NCBI GenBank assembly: GCA_963830915.1
Contig: CAWHOE010000042.1
Location: forward strand, 15,186 to 79,185
DNA from: a candidate division FCPU426 bacterium
Lineage (GTDB): Bacteria; Oederibacteriota; Muellerivitia; Muellerivitales; Muellerivitaceae
Direction of reading: 5' to 3'
DNA: 64,000 bases
Below the pieces are notes generated by a model, which was not told the DNA's origin, made no database searches, and saw only the letters and a program-made list of their open reading frames with translations. Positions 1 through 9,143 of this stretch are shown here, piece by piece. The position numbers and the translations under genes are program-made. Position 1 is the first letter of the stretch, and each line of letters opens with the position of its first letter.

Positions 1-1
1 T

Positions 2-1174
2 TACATCATGATTATCGACAAATCCCAATCGTATAAGACCCTTTGCCGCTTGGCGGGTGGCCGGTATCTCAACTACGACCTGGACAGCAAACATCACCTG
101 AATATTTTCGATTATCCCTTGGATGAGATTAAAGAGAAGGAAGGGGAGATCGACCCGGAGCATATTTCCAGCATCATCATGTATTTGGGGGTGGTGCTCG
201 CCAACATCAAGGAAAACCGTATCGAGGAAACGGAGGAATTGGACAAGGCACTGATTCAGGAAGCCGTCAAGCAGACCTACCTGAACACCCTCACTGAGAA
301 CCGGGTGCCTCTTTTAACCGACCTCAAGGAAACACTCTTGAAGAAAGCGGAGGACAAGAAAGTTCCCGCCGAGTTCCAATATCTCTGCCGCAAACAAGCA
401 GAAGTCTTAAAACTTTTCACCGGAAAGGGGATGTACGCCAACCTGACGGACAGGGAATCCACCATCAAAGCGGACAATTCATTCATCGTTTTCGACACGT
501 CAGGCATCAGCGACAACGACAAGAAGGCCGTGGGTTTGGCCGTATTCGTCATTTCCAATTACTGTCTTCAAAAGGCAAAACAGAACAAGGAATTGAACCG
601 GCTCTCCCAACTCGCCATGGACGAGTGCTGGTATTTGGCCCAATACCCGGCTGGTTTAGCTTTCCTTCTTAGAATCGCCAAGACCGCAAGGCATTTGAGA
701 CTTCAACCTATTTTCGCCACCCAGGAAATTGGGGAGTTTTTCGGGGTGAAGGGTGTTGAGGCGATCCTGAAGAACACATCAACCAAAATCCTCCTGAAGC
801 TGGTAGGGGACGACATTGAACACGCCAAAGGCCTGCTCCAATTGAATCCGACCCAAGTGGAAAAGGTCATGAATCTCCATTTGGTAAAAGGAGTCTATTC
901 CCAAGCCCTCATCCACCAGACCCTTCGGCAGGGAATCGTGAATATCTACCCCGACGAATTGGCCTACCACATCGCCACCACTTACGGGCCTGAAGCGGCA
1001 ATCCGTGACCTCTATCTGGACACTTACGCGCCGGATGAGGACCCGGTAGCGACTTTGGGAGCCATCGCCAAGTGGATAGAGGACAAGGAAAACAAAACGG
1101 TTTTAAAACCCACCCAAAAGGATAAAACCGGCCAAACGAGTTCGAAAAAACCGGACGAGGTATTAATGAAATGA
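2..1174 (+). CDS. Conjugative type IV secretion ATPase, VirB4/TrbE/TraC-like, C-terminal part (5' end lies outside window)
   Basis: Frame open from window edge; motifs MDECWYL (DEAW-type Walker B), IFATQ and basic RK segment typical of VirB4-family C-terminal ATPase domain. Confidence 0.6.
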   Translation, partial: YIMIIDKSQSYKTLCRLAGGRYLNYDLDSKHHLNIFDYPLDEIKEKEGEIDPEHISSIIMYLGVVLANIKENRIEETEELDKALIQEAVKQTYLNTLTENRVPLLTDLKETLLKKAEDKKVPAEFQYLCRKQAEVLKLFTGKGMYANLTDRESTIKADNSFIVFDTSGISDNDKKAVGLAVFVISNYCLQKAKQNKELNRLSQLAMDECWYLAQYPAGLAFLLRIAKTARHLRLQPIFATQEIGEFFGVKGVEAILKNTSTKILLKLVGDDIEHAKGLLQLNPTQVEKVMNLHLVKGVYSQALIHQTLRQGIVNIYPDELAYHIATTYGPEAAIRDLYLDTYAPDEDPVATLGAIAKWIEDKENKTVLKPTQKDKTGQTSSKKPDEVLMK

Positions 1175-1767
1175 CTGAACCGAAAAAGGAGGATGAACAT
1201 TCCATTCTTGACCTCATTGAGCAGGAGCCAAAGAAAAAGGGATACACCGGGAAAATCATCATTGGACTCATTGTGGCCGTGGTTGGTTTGGGTTCCACCC
1301 TCTTTTGGGGAAAAACCGCCCAAGTTGTTGATTCAAAGAAGGATGTTTCTGTGGGTAGTTCCCAAACGGTGGGGAAAGACCCCCAATACGGGGACGTAAC
1401 CGACTTCGCGGAGAAGTTCAGCATTATGGCTTTCAACATTAGTTATACGGACATCAACCATCAGGTGGACAAGGTGGCGGGTCTTATGAGTGACAACATG
1501 ATGTCCTATTACCAGGAAGCTTTTTTGGACCCCAAGTGGGTCGCCTTTCTATCGGATAACAAAGCTTATGTCTCCTACCAGCAGATCGACCGGTCGAGCG
1601 TGGAGAACACGGACGGGACCCATTACTGGGTGAAGGTTATCGGGAAGAACCTTTACAACTCGGATGCCAGGGGCCAAGGGTCACAGATTGAATTGCCTTT
1701 CCATTTAGTCGTAGTGGTCAAGAAGGACAACGGAAAACTTATTGTGACGGATTTCCAGAGGTTTTAG
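1171..1767 (+). CDS. Membrane-anchored conjugation-associated protein (single N-terminal TM + periplasmic domain; VirB8/TrbF-like layout, family not certain)
   Basis: ATGA overlap with upstream ATPase gene; TM segment IIIGLIVAVVGLGSTLFW; no catalytic motifs. Confidence 0.3.
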   Translation: MTEPKKEDEHSILDLIEQEPKKKGYTGKIIIGLIVAVVGLGSTLFWGKTAQVVDSKKDVSVGSSQTVGKDPQYGDVTDFAEKFSIMAFNISYTDINHQVDKVAGLMSDNMMSYYQEAFLDPKWVAFLSDNKAYVSYQQIDRSSVENTDGTHYWVKVIGKNLYNSDARGQGSQIELPFHLVVVVKKDNGKLIVTDFQRF

Positions 1768-1769
1768 CC

Positions 1770-3242
1770 ATGGAAGAGAATGTACTTCAAATCAACCCGG
1801 AATTAGCCAGGCGGTGCCTTCAGTCCGCCCATTTGTGCATGGAAACAAACCGGTTCAAAGAAGCCTTGAAGCTTTTTGACGAGATAATCGGAAAACACCA
1901 GCCTCAGAACGTGGAAGCTCACCTGGAATCCGCGAAGATATACGCCATATACAAACAGCCTAATTCCATCCTCAAAGTGATTAACCGGCTTCATAATTTT
2001 TCCCAGAAGACTCCGGAAAGCCTCGTTCTTCTTGCCCGCGCCCAACTTCAGATGAGCCTCTATTCCGATTGTCGGGAAAGTCTAAGGGAGATTTTTACCA
2101 TACAGAGGGATTTTCCTGAGGCAGTGGCTTTGGAGGGGGAATTGTGCATTAGGACGGCGAAATATGAAAGCGCCGTCGAGAAGTTCGAGTCCTTAAGCCT
2201 CCGTTATCCCAAAAATTACAACTATTTGACTTTCCTGGCCGTTTCCCATTTTGCCAGCGGCAAATTCCACCGGACCATCACCCTTTGTACCACCCTCATG
2301 CAAGCAGGGGTTTCAGACCCCAAAATCACCCGGCTTTATGAAATGGCGAAAACAAAAAGACGGCACGAGGCCTTGGGAAAGCTGAAAAAAGTAAAACCAC
2401 TCAAATGGCTGTTTGCCCAACTCTTCGATCCATTCCTGGAAAAGGAAATGAGGGCCGAATCGGAAAGCCAGACCACCCAGGAGGATCTTGTTCAGGAAAC
2501 CTTAGTGGACCACAGGACCGGCCTTTTGAACGATAGGGCGGCGATGCTGCAAATCCCAGCCCTTGCCGCCAGGAGAAAGAACCACTTTTACGTTGCCATG
2601 GCTGATATAGACTTTTTCAAATCCTTTAACGACGTCCATTACAACCACCAGGTCGGAAATTCCGTCTTGAAAGCCTTGGCAAAGGCGGGACAACAAATCT
2701 TCACCAAAAACAAAATTTGGCGTTACGGCGGTGAGGAAATCGTCTGGGTTCTGGACGGGTCAGAAGCCGAAGTCGTCGAAAAAGCCGAACAGTTCAGGAA
2801 GCAATGCGAGGAAAAAGTCGTGGGGGAAGCGAATGATATCAACCAAAAGGAGGACATCCGGCACTTCACGGACGGGTTGGACCATAAGAAGGACGACCCG
2901 TTCCTTATCCATTACCCGGTGACGATCAGCCAGGCCGTTGTGGAATGGGGGGAAGACGGGACAAATCTGGAAGGAATCCTAACGGCGGCGGATCACGGCC
3001 TTTACACGGCTAAGGAAGGCGGAAGGAACACGGTTGTTTTCCGGGGAACCCCCAGGTGCGTTGGGCTCAAGCCGGTCAAGTACACCCCCGAGATGCTTGG
3101 AATCCTTCACAAGTTTAGCGTCAAGAAAGGGTCCTCAAACTGGTGGGCCTATTTGGAGACTGTCGATGAGAAGGCGAAAAACGATGCTTTGGAATATGCC
3201 AGGAACACACTGGCCGACATGGAGGCGTTAAAGAAAAAATAG
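1770..3242 (+). CDS. TPR-like helical N-terminal domain fused to GGDEF (diguanylate-cyclase-like) domain, active-site variant GGEEI
   Basis: DHRTGLLN, FYVAMADIDFFKSFND, RYGGEEIVWVL, AADHGLYTAKEGGRN are GGDEF-family hallmarks. Confidence 0.75.
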   Translation: MEENVLQINPELARRCLQSAHLCMETNRFKEALKLFDEIIGKHQPQNVEAHLESAKIYAIYKQPNSILKVINRLHNFSQKTPESLVLLARAQLQMSLYSDCRESLREIFTIQRDFPEAVALEGELCIRTAKYESAVEKFESLSLRYPKNYNYLTFLAVSHFASGKFHRTITLCTTLMQAGVSDPKITRLYEMAKTKRRHEALGKLKKVKPLKWLFAQLFDPFLEKEMRAESESQTTQEDLVQETLVDHRTGLLNDRAAMLQIPALAARRKNHFYVAMADIDFFKSFNDVHYNHQVGNSVLKALAKAGQQIFTKNKIWRYGGEEIVWVLDGSEAEVVEKAEQFRKQCEEKVVGEANDINQKEDIRHFTDGLDHKKDDPFLIHYPVTISQAVVEWGEDGTNLEGILTAADHGLYTAKEGGRNTVVFRGTPRCVGLKPVKYTPEMLGILHKFSVKKGSSNWWAYLETVDEKAKNDALEYARNTLADMEALKKK

Positions 3243-3279
3243 TTTCGCATTGGTCATTAATTTCAAAAGGAGAAAGAAC

Positions 3280-3621
3280 ATGGGTTTAAAAGTCAGGATT
3301 ACCAGGATGTTTCCCTATGACGGGGAACACACGAAGGCTTTTGTTGGAGCCAAAGTCCAGATATCCGGTCGTGTTTTTGGTTACAACGAATTGACGCTCG
3401 TTAAAAAGAAAGAAGGGAATGGTTTGTTCCTGGGCCTTCCTTCTCGGCCTGGAAGGCAGGAGGGGGAGTATCACGATATTTGTTACATGGACGCGAACAC
3501 GCGAAAAGATATTGAGAAAGTCGCAATCGCCGAGTACGAGAAGAAAATCAAGGAAAGCGCACAGGTGCCCATAGGGGATAACCAAGGAGTGAGGGTAGAA
3601 CGGAGAAAAGTGAAAAGGTGA
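3280..3621 (+). CDS. spoVG: SpoVG-family nucleic-acid-binding regulator (paralog 1)
   Basis: NGLFLGLPSRPGRQEGEYHDICYMDANTRKDIE matches SpoVG core ([25 protein letters not shown]); RBS aaaggag upstream of ATG 3280. Confidence 0.7.
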   Translation: MGLKVRITRMFPYDGEHTKAFVGAKVQISGRVFGYNELTLVKKKEGNGLFLGLPSRPGRQEGEYHDICYMDANTRKDIEKVAIAEYEKKIKESAQVPIGDNQGVRVERRKVKR

Positions 3622-3652
3622 CGGGCGAAATAAAAATCAATGGAGGCAACAA

Positions 3653-3955
3653 ATGGCTTTAAAGATCAGTGTCACTAGGATGTATCCCTATGAAGGGGAG
3701 AATACCCAGGCGTTTTTCGATGTTAAGGTCGCAATATCGAGTTACGAGTTCTTCTTCAACGACCTAACTTTGGTGAAGAAGAAGGATGGCGATGGGTTAT
3801 TTGTGGGTTTCCCATCCAGGCCGGGCAAAAAGGATGGGGAGTATTTCCACTTCTGCAACGCCAACAAGAAAGCCAAGGAAGAGATCGAAAAGGCGGCTGT
3901 TGCGGAGTTTAAAAAGAAATCCAAGGCCAAGGAAACCGCCCCAGCCAAGGAATAA
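3653..3955 (+). CDS. spoVG: SpoVG-family protein (paralog 2) with Lys/Ala-rich tail
   Basis: DGLFVGFPSRPGKKDGEYFHFCNANKKAKEEIE; tandem with paralog 1. Confidence 0.7.
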   Translation: MALKISVTRMYPYEGENTQAFFDVKVAISSYEFFFNDLTLVKKKDGDGLFVGFPSRPGKKDGEYFHFCNANKKAKEEIEKAAVAEFKKKSKAKETAPAKE

Positions 3956-3977
3956 TCCAGGGGTTTTGGAGAGAAGA

Positions 3978-4241
3978 ATGGAAGACAGGAGAAGATGGGA
4001 CCGAAGAAGAAAGGCCCAGGATTGCCTGATGTCAGATAGTCAAATAGCCGATTTGGCGGGGGTTTCCAAACACACCGTTAAATTTTGGCGTCTGGCTGGG
4101 ACCATCCCTTATGTGAAGGTTGGGCGTCACCCGAGGATTTGGCTTTCGGCCTTCCAAAAAGTTTTCCATCAACCTGATCCAAGCGGACCTTGGGAATTGT
4201 CCCCTAAGTTTGGTAAAATACCAAACGGCAAGGGACATTAG
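3978..4241 (+). CDS. xis: Excisionase / AlpA-Xis family helix-turn-helix DNA-binding protein
   Basis: SQIADLAGVSKHTVKFWRLAGTIPYVKVGRHPRIW is an excisionase-type HTH; sits immediately 5' of integrase. The listed ORF 3786-4241 overlaps SpoVG in another frame, so the shorter start is preferred. Confidence 0.55.
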   Translation: MEDRRRWDRRRKAQDCLMSDSQIADLAGVSKHTVKFWRLAGTIPYVKVGRHPRIWLSAFQKVFHQPDPSGPWELSPKFGKIPNGKGH

Positions 4242-4249
4242 GAGGCAGT

Positions 4250-5320
4250 ATGAGCAAGCCTAATGTTCACGGATTGCCCCAACATCTTCGGAGAGATGAA
4301 GGGGGATATTTCCTGGATTTTTTTGTCCAGGAAGAAGGGGTTAAAAAACGTAAAAGGGTGCGTTTGGGACAGATACCTTTGCCTCAGGCAAAGAAGGTCT
4401 TGGCCCAACACATGCAAGAGATCGTTGAAAACAGTTATTTGGCGCAGGATAAGCCGAAGATCACTTTCAACGAAGCCGCCGATTCCTTTATGGATTATTC
4501 GGTGTCCAGGAAGAAAAGTTTTCATAGGGATAAGTATTACGTGGCAAACCTAAAGGCGTTTTTCGGTGACAAGCCTTTGGACAGCCTGAATCTTGACCTT
4601 GCGGAAAAATATCTGACCTGGAGAAGGAAAACCGGAAAACCCAAAGGGGAGGAGATGAAGGCGGCCACGCTCAACCGGGATATTGCCTGCTTAAAAACCA
4701 TCGTGAATAGGGCGAAGTTAAACAGGCAGATTGACAGGAATCCAATCGAGGGGATCAGGTTGTTTAAGGAAATCCCCAGGGATAGGACACTTACCCCGGA
4801 AGAGTTTAAGCAACTCTTGGAATGCTGCCCGCCCCACCTTAAATCAATGGTCGAGTTGGCTTATTACACGGCCATGAGAAAGGGTGAAATCCTAGGGCTA
4901 AGATGGGAACAAGTGGATTTCCAAAAAGGGGTTATTTTTCTTGAGGCGGAGGATACGAAAACTCAAGAAAAGCGGGAAATACCAATTGATGAGAAATTGA
5001 AGCAAATCATCAAGAAGATTCCCAAGACCTTAGGAAGCCAGTTAGTTTTCACTTACAAAGGAAAAAGGCTAACGGCTTGCAGGACCGGGTTTAAAAGCGC
5101 TTGTGAAAAGGCCGGATTGGGAAATTTCCATTTCCACGACCTTCGTCATTGTGCGATAACGAATATGCGCAAAGCGGGGGTGCCGGATTCGGTCATAATG
5201 AGTGTTAGCGGACACAAAACTAACGCGGTATTTCGGCGATATGACAAGATTGATAGGGAAGACCGAAAATTGGCGTTGGAGCGGGTCCGGGAGTTCAATG
5301 ACACCAAGTTTGGAAGCTGA
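4250..5320 (+). CDS. int: Tyrosine site-specific integrase (phage integrase family), copy 1
   Basis: C-terminal catalytic motifs HDLRHCAI, SGHKT, VFRRYDK (R-H-R-Y tetrad); N-terminal SAM-like domain. Confidence 0.9.
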   Translation: MSKPNVHGLPQHLRRDEGGYFLDFFVQEEGVKKRKRVRLGQIPLPQAKKVLAQHMQEIVENSYLAQDKPKITFNEAADSFMDYSVSRKKSFHRDKYYVANLKAFFGDKPLDSLNLDLAEKYLTWRRKTGKPKGEEMKAATLNRDIACLKTIVNRAKLNRQIDRNPIEGIRLFKEIPRDRTLTPEEFKQLLECCPPHLKSMVELAYYTAMRKGEILGLRWEQVDFQKGVIFLEAEDTKTQEKREIPIDEKLKQIIKKIPKTLGSQLVFTYKGKRLTACRTGFKSACEKAGLGNFHFHDLRHCAITNMRKAGVPDSVIMSVSGHKTNAVFRRYDKIDREDRKLALERVREFNDTKFGS

Positions 5321-5501
5321 TTGACACGGGAATGACAAACGCCCTTTTCTGGGCGGGGAAGGAGAGGGATAAAAGTTCGTTTTCCGCTTTAGCTGTAAGG
5401 GTTTTAGAAGATTTAAGAAGAGAAGATCAAGCCAACCATTGCGACCCTCAAAATCTATCGGGAGCAATCCCATGTCGGTTCAAGTCCGACCTCGGGCACC
5501 A
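5321..5501 (+). mobile_element. Integrase-distal junction: conserved int-downstream segment ending in a 30-nt tRNA 3'-end fragment (att core) ...ATGTCGGTTCAAGTCCGACCTCGGGCACCA
   Basis: T-arm GTCGG-TTCAAGT-CCGAC + acceptor 3' strand CTCGGGC + A + CCA. No matching 5' acceptor strand upstream, so fragment only. Same segment repeats at 14474-14654. Confidence 0.6.
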
Positions 5502-5550
5502 ATTTTCTTTTTTCGTTCAACAAAAAAGCTAAAAAATAATTTTTCCTGTG

Positions 5551-5579
5551 AACTTCCGAACTTGTCGGAAGTTTTTTTG
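5551..5579 (+). terminator. Rho-independent terminator
   Basis: AACTTCCG-aacttgt-CGGAAGTT followed by TTTTTT. Confidence 0.6.
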
Positions 5580-5843
5580 TTTGTGTCAATGGCCCTCCCA
5601 ATTGCGAATGACACGCATATGACAAGAATTTCGAAAGAAAAATCTATTGAGGTTATGTGTTTCGGAAAACATTTGTTTTGGGCGTGTAATTAAAAATTAT
5701 TCCCTACAAGACCATAGGGCTCAGTAGACTTTCTGTAACGTGTGCTGGTCGATTTTTTCCCTAATAAGCTTGTCAATTATGCTTGTGCGAAATTAGAATT
5801 TTTATGTTTGCATCTAAAGTTCTTTCGGGTAAAGGACAACGTA

Positions 5844-6107
5844 ATGAGAACTAAGGGATGTAGAAAACTAGGGGCCAAACTATTGACTGTTGGGTTGAAT
5901 TCTGGAAAAGCGGAGCTGTTCCAGGAAGCGGTTGTGGAAATAGTAGAGCAACTTGGTGGGGTTGAAGCCTTTGCGAAGAAAGCGAAAATGTCGGTACGGG
6001 AATTGAAAAGGGCCTTAGCTAGTCGAGAGGCCTTTCAAAGATGGGTGGATATAGCCAAGGTGGTAAAGGCTCTGAGTGAAAGCCGGATGGCATTTTATGC
6101 AAAATGA
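5844..6107 (+). CDS. Hypothetical small protein, possible HTH/antidote-like
   Basis: ORF with RBS; weak resemblance to addiction-module antidote proteins (GGVEAFAKKAKMSVRELKRAL). Confidence 0.3.
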   Translation: MRTKGCRKLGAKLLTVGLNSGKAELFQEAVVEIVEQLGGVEAFAKKAKMSVRELKRALASREAFQRWVDIAKVVKALSESRMAFYAK

Positions 6108-6156
6108 GCAAAATTTCCCGCTATTCAGGATATAACAATAATGTTATATTTAATCC

Positions 6157-6504
6157 ATGAAGGTTGATCTGTTTAGAAGTTCATCGGGGCGGTCGCCCGT
6201 TGAGGATTTTATCAGTAACCTTTCTAAAGAGGATCAGGCCCTTTTTAAGACTATCCATGACGGGATAGAGCGGGAAGGCTTGAAATATCCATACGTTATT
6301 TTCAAACCCTTAGAAGGGAAGCTCTGGGAGATCAAATTTAAGGGTTTGGACGGTTCTTACCGGATTGGCTATGTTTTGGTGACGGGGCCAAAGATGTTTT
6401 GGCTTCATGTTTTTAAAAAGAAAACGCAGAAGATATCCAGGCTGGACTTTGAGTTGGCCTGGAAGCGGATGAAGGAGATTTTGGAATATGAAAAAAACTC
6501 ATAA
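6157..6504 (+). CDS. RelE/ParE-superfamily toxin, phage Gp49-like / HigB-type
   Basis: About 115 aa, Gp49-like (DUF891) composition; 17-nt overlap with downstream XRE-HTH gene. Confidence 0.55.
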   Translation: MKVDLFRSSSGRSPVEDFISNLSKEDQALFKTIHDGIEREGLKYPYVIFKPLEGKLWEIKFKGLDGSYRIGYVLVTGPKMFWLHVFKKKTQKISRLDFELAWKRMKEILEYEKNS

Positions 6505-6802
6505 ACCCTACACGGACGGAAAAGCCTTTTTCCACAAGTTGGAAAAAGACCCTGAAATTCGTATTTTGGTAAAACAGCAAGAAGAAAAGTTTCGCCTTGC
6601 CACTGCGATCAAAAGAGCCCGAGAACATGCAGGATTAAGCCAAGTTGCTTTGGCTAAGAAAATTGGAACCAAACAAAGCGCAATTTCTCGTGCGGAAAGC
6701 GGTGTTTACCGCTCGGTGCCTTCCTTGAGTTTCCTACAGAAAATTGCGGCGGCCTGCGGGGCTCATTTAGGCATTACATTTGATTTCCGTAAGGCCAGTT
6801 AG
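6488..6802 (+). CDS. XRE-family HTH antitoxin (HigA-like)
   Basis: AREHAGLSQVALAKKIGTKQSAISRAESG is a canonical XRE helix-turn-helix; toxin-then-antitoxin order as in HigBA. Confidence 0.6.
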   Translation: MKKTHKPYTDGKAFFHKLEKDPEIRILVKQQEEKFRLATAIKRAREHAGLSQVALAKKIGTKQSAISRAESGVYRSVPSLSFLQKIAAACGAHLGITFDFRKAS

Positions 6803-6934
6803 TATTTCATCGGCCTTCTTTTCCTTGAGCCCCAAAGCCCGCAAAGAGTGTACGCCATTAGTTTGGACGATGAATAAAGTCAATGATCTTATTCATTGGA
6901 CCCCGATTTAAAAAGAGTATAATAAATTCAACCT

Positions 6935-6987
6935 AAGGGGATGGAGTTCTCCCAAAACCGCCAATTCAATTGGACGATGACTCCTAC
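6935..6987 (+). promoter_or_regulatory. Fluoride riboswitch (crcB RNA motif) aptamer
   Basis: GGGGAUGGAGUUCUCCC-AAAACCGCC-...-ACGAUGACUCCUAC matches conserved GGnGAUGGnGUUCnCC / AAACnGC / AUGAnUCCUAC blocks of the crcB motif; TATAAT-like box at about 6915-6922. Confidence 0.85.
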
Positions 6988-7030
6988 TGCATGATGAAAC
7001 ATGCGGTGGGGCCATGTACTAACAAGTCAA

Positions 7031-7056
7031 ACCCGCCGCCCGGCGGGTTTTTTTAT
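7031..7056 (+). terminator. Intrinsic terminator forming the riboswitch expression platform
   Basis: ACCCGCCGCCCGGCGGGT followed by TTTTTTT, lying between aptamer and first ORF. Confidence 0.7.
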
Positions 7057-7098
7057 TTCCCGCCCTTTCATCCTGCAAGTAAATCTTGGAGGCGGGAT

Positions 7099-8316
7099 AT
7101 GACCCACGTTTGGGCGGAAGCTACGTTGTGGATCGGGTTGGCGCTGGTCGCAGTACTCATTTCCATCTGGCTAAAAATTGCCACAGCCTTATCGGAGATT
7201 GTGGTCGGTACGGTGGCACAACTGGTAATCGGGGCCTTAGTAGGTCAGGCTTTTTTAGGCACAAGCGAAAGTTGGATTACCTTCTTAGCGGGTGCGGGCT
7301 CCATCGTTCTGACTTTCCTGGCTGGGGCCGAGCTGGACCCGGTGGTGTTCAAGGCCAAGTGGAAGGAAGCTTCGCTTTTGGGGCTGGTGGCTTTTTTCGC
7401 TCCTTTCCTGGGATGCACGGCAGCCGCCTTTTACCTGCTTCACTGGAATCCTCAGGCCTCTTGGCTGGCTGGCGTAGCCCTTTCCACCACCTCCGTGGCG
7501 GTAGTTTATGCCGTGATGCTGGAACTCGGATTAAACAAGACCGAATTCGGAAAAATCATCTTGGCCGCCTGTTTTATCAATGACCTTGCTACGGTCATCG
7601 CGCTTGGGCTTATCTTCGCGCCATTTACCCTCAAGACTCTCGTCTTCGTGGGTGTCAGCGTTCCTGTCTTTTTTATCCTTCCTTGGCTTACACCCCGGTT
7701 CTTTAAATTGTATGGTGACCGTCCCTCGGAATTGGAAACCAAATACCTCTTGTTCCTCATGTTTGGACTGGGGGCTTTGGCGACTTGGGCCGATAGCGAA
7801 GCAGTTCTTCCGGCCTACCTTATTGGAATGGTTTTGGCAGGAACAGTCGGCAAAGACCATGTCTTGGTACGCCGCTTGCGAACCGTAACTTTTGGACTGC
7901 TGACGCCGTTTTATTTCATTCGGGCAGGTTCCTTCGTATCAGTTCCCGCCCTGGTGGCCGCTCCCCTGGCTTTCGTGGTCCTGCTTTTGGCAAAGATGGG
8001 AAGTAAGTTTGTGGGTGTTTTTCCCGTCACGAAATACCAGGGTTATGCCCATAAAGAAGGAATGTACACAACCCTTCTGATGTCCACGGGGCTCACCTTT
8101 GGCACCATTTCAGCATTGTTTGGATTATCACACCACGTTATCGACCAAACCCAATATTCGTTTTTGGTGGCTACCGTTATTTTGAGTGCGGTAGTGCCGA
8201 CGCTTATCGCCAACGCCTATTTCTTACCGCACTATCTTTTGCCTAAAGTCCACAAACCTGAGGCTGAAGTCGTTCCATTGGCCCCAAATAACTCAGAAAA
8301 CGGAGGCGCTTTATGA
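7099..8316 (+). CDS. Cation:proton antiporter (CPA1/CPA2-type Na+/H+ exchanger)
   Basis: About 12 TM helices; family-typical glycine-rich helices; GGAGG RBS 6 nt upstream of ATG 7099. The listed ORF start at 6970 would run through the riboswitch terminator. Confidence 0.8.
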   Translation: MTHVWAEATLWIGLALVAVLISIWLKIATALSEIVVGTVAQLVIGALVGQAFLGTSESWITFLAGAGSIVLTFLAGAELDPVVFKAKWKEASLLGLVAFFAPFLGCTAAAFYLLHWNPQASWLAGVALSTTSVAVVYAVMLELGLNKTEFGKIILAACFINDLATVIALGLIFAPFTLKTLVFVGVSVPVFFILPWLTPRFFKLYGDRPSELETKYLLFLMFGLGALATWADSEAVLPAYLIGMVLAGTVGKDHVLVRRLRTVTFGLLTPFYFIRAGSFVSVPALVAAPLAFVVLLLAKMGSKFVGVFPVTKYQGYAHKEGMYTTLLMSTGLTFGTISALFGLSHHVIDQTQYSFLVATVILSAVVPTLIANAYFLPHYLLPKVHKPEAEVVPLAPNNSENGGAL

Positions 8317-8732
8317 TTCCCCAAAAAATCCTGGTGGCATTTGATGGTTCGATCCATTCCGAGAAATCTTTTCAATATGCCCTTGAGACGGCTAAACGTT
8401 TTCAGGCTTCCTTGTTAGTGCTTTCCGTTGCCCCGATTCCAGAATTTGACATCGCTGTAGAGATGGAATCGGTGTTGGAATCCGCCCAAGAGCATTTCGA
8501 GGAGCAATTCAAGGATCTGAAAAAAAAGGCCGAAGTGGCTGGGGTTTCCTTGACTACGGAGGTCGTGGTTGGTCATCCCGCCGAACACATCATCCGAAAA
8601 GCAATTGATGAAAAAATCGATTTGATCGTTGTGGGTCATCGGGGCAAGAGCAAGATTGGCGAATGGCTCTTAGGATCGGTAGCTAAACGCGTTTCTAGCT
8701 ATGCTCCCTGTGCGGTCACGATAGTACGATAA
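8313..8732 (+). CDS. uspA: Universal stress protein UspA family
   Basis: ILVAFDGS...IVVGHRGKSKIGEWLLGSVAKRV ATP-binding Usp motif; ATGA overlap with antiporter. Confidence 0.8.
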   Translation: MIPQKILVAFDGSIHSEKSFQYALETAKRFQASLLVLSVAPIPEFDIAVEMESVLESAQEHFEEQFKDLKKKAEVAGVSLTTEVVVGHPAEHIIRKAIDEKIDLIVVGHRGKSKIGEWLLGSVAKRVSSYAPCAVTIVR

Positions 8733-8744
8733 AGGAGGCTGATA

Positions 8745-9125
8745 GTGAGCTTAAGCCAGTTTTTTTTCATCGTCACTGGTGCGTCCATCGGGGCTTTGAG
8801 CCGTTTTGGTTTAGGTCTATGGGTGACCGCTAAATTAGGGTCGAATTTCGCTTATGGTACTTGGTTTATCAATTTGATCGGATCTTTTGTACTGGGATTA
8901 TTTTTGACCCTTCACTTGGACAGGGGATTGTTCCATCCTAATGTTCGATATTTCGTGGCTGTCGGATGGTGTGCTTCCTTTACCACTTATTCGACCTTCA
9001 GTTGGGAGACTTTCCGGTACTTCCAGGAAGGAGACTTTATGAGGGCGGGTTTGAATGTCACCTTGACCTTGGTAGGTTGTTTTTTGGCTTCATGGGGCGG
9101 TGTTGTTGTGGCAAGACTGTTGTAA
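8745..9125 (+). CDS. crcB: Fluoride ion channel CrcB/FluC
   Basis: GALSRF...GTWFINLIGSF...TTYSTFSWE motifs of Fluc family; 4 TM; GTG start with AAAGGAGG RBS. Confidence 0.85.
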   Translation: MSLSQFFFIVTGASIGALSRFGLGLWVTAKLGSNFAYGTWFINLIGSFVLGLFLTLHLDRGLFHPNVRYFVAVGWCASFTTYSTFSWETFRYFQEGDFMRAGLNVTLTLVGCFLASWGGVVVARLL

Positions 9126-9143
9126 AAAGAAGGAGGGCTCAAT

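Noticed and set aside
3786-4241. 151-aa ORF overlapping SpoVG paralog 2
   Set aside because: The N-terminal 64 codons overlap the SpoVG gene in another frame and are Arg/Pro-rich low complexity. The HTH-containing part starting at 3978 is the plausible excisionase.
5424-5501. Complete tRNA gene adjacent to the integrase
   Set aside because: A T-arm and acceptor 3' strand plus CCA are present, but no complementary 5' acceptor strand (GCCCGAG) or D/anticodon arms upstream. It is an att fragment only (the same holds at 14578-14654).
6970-7098. N-terminal 43-aa extension of the antiporter ORF
   Set aside because: It would run through the fluoride riboswitch aptamer and its terminator. ATG 7099 has a GGAGG RBS.
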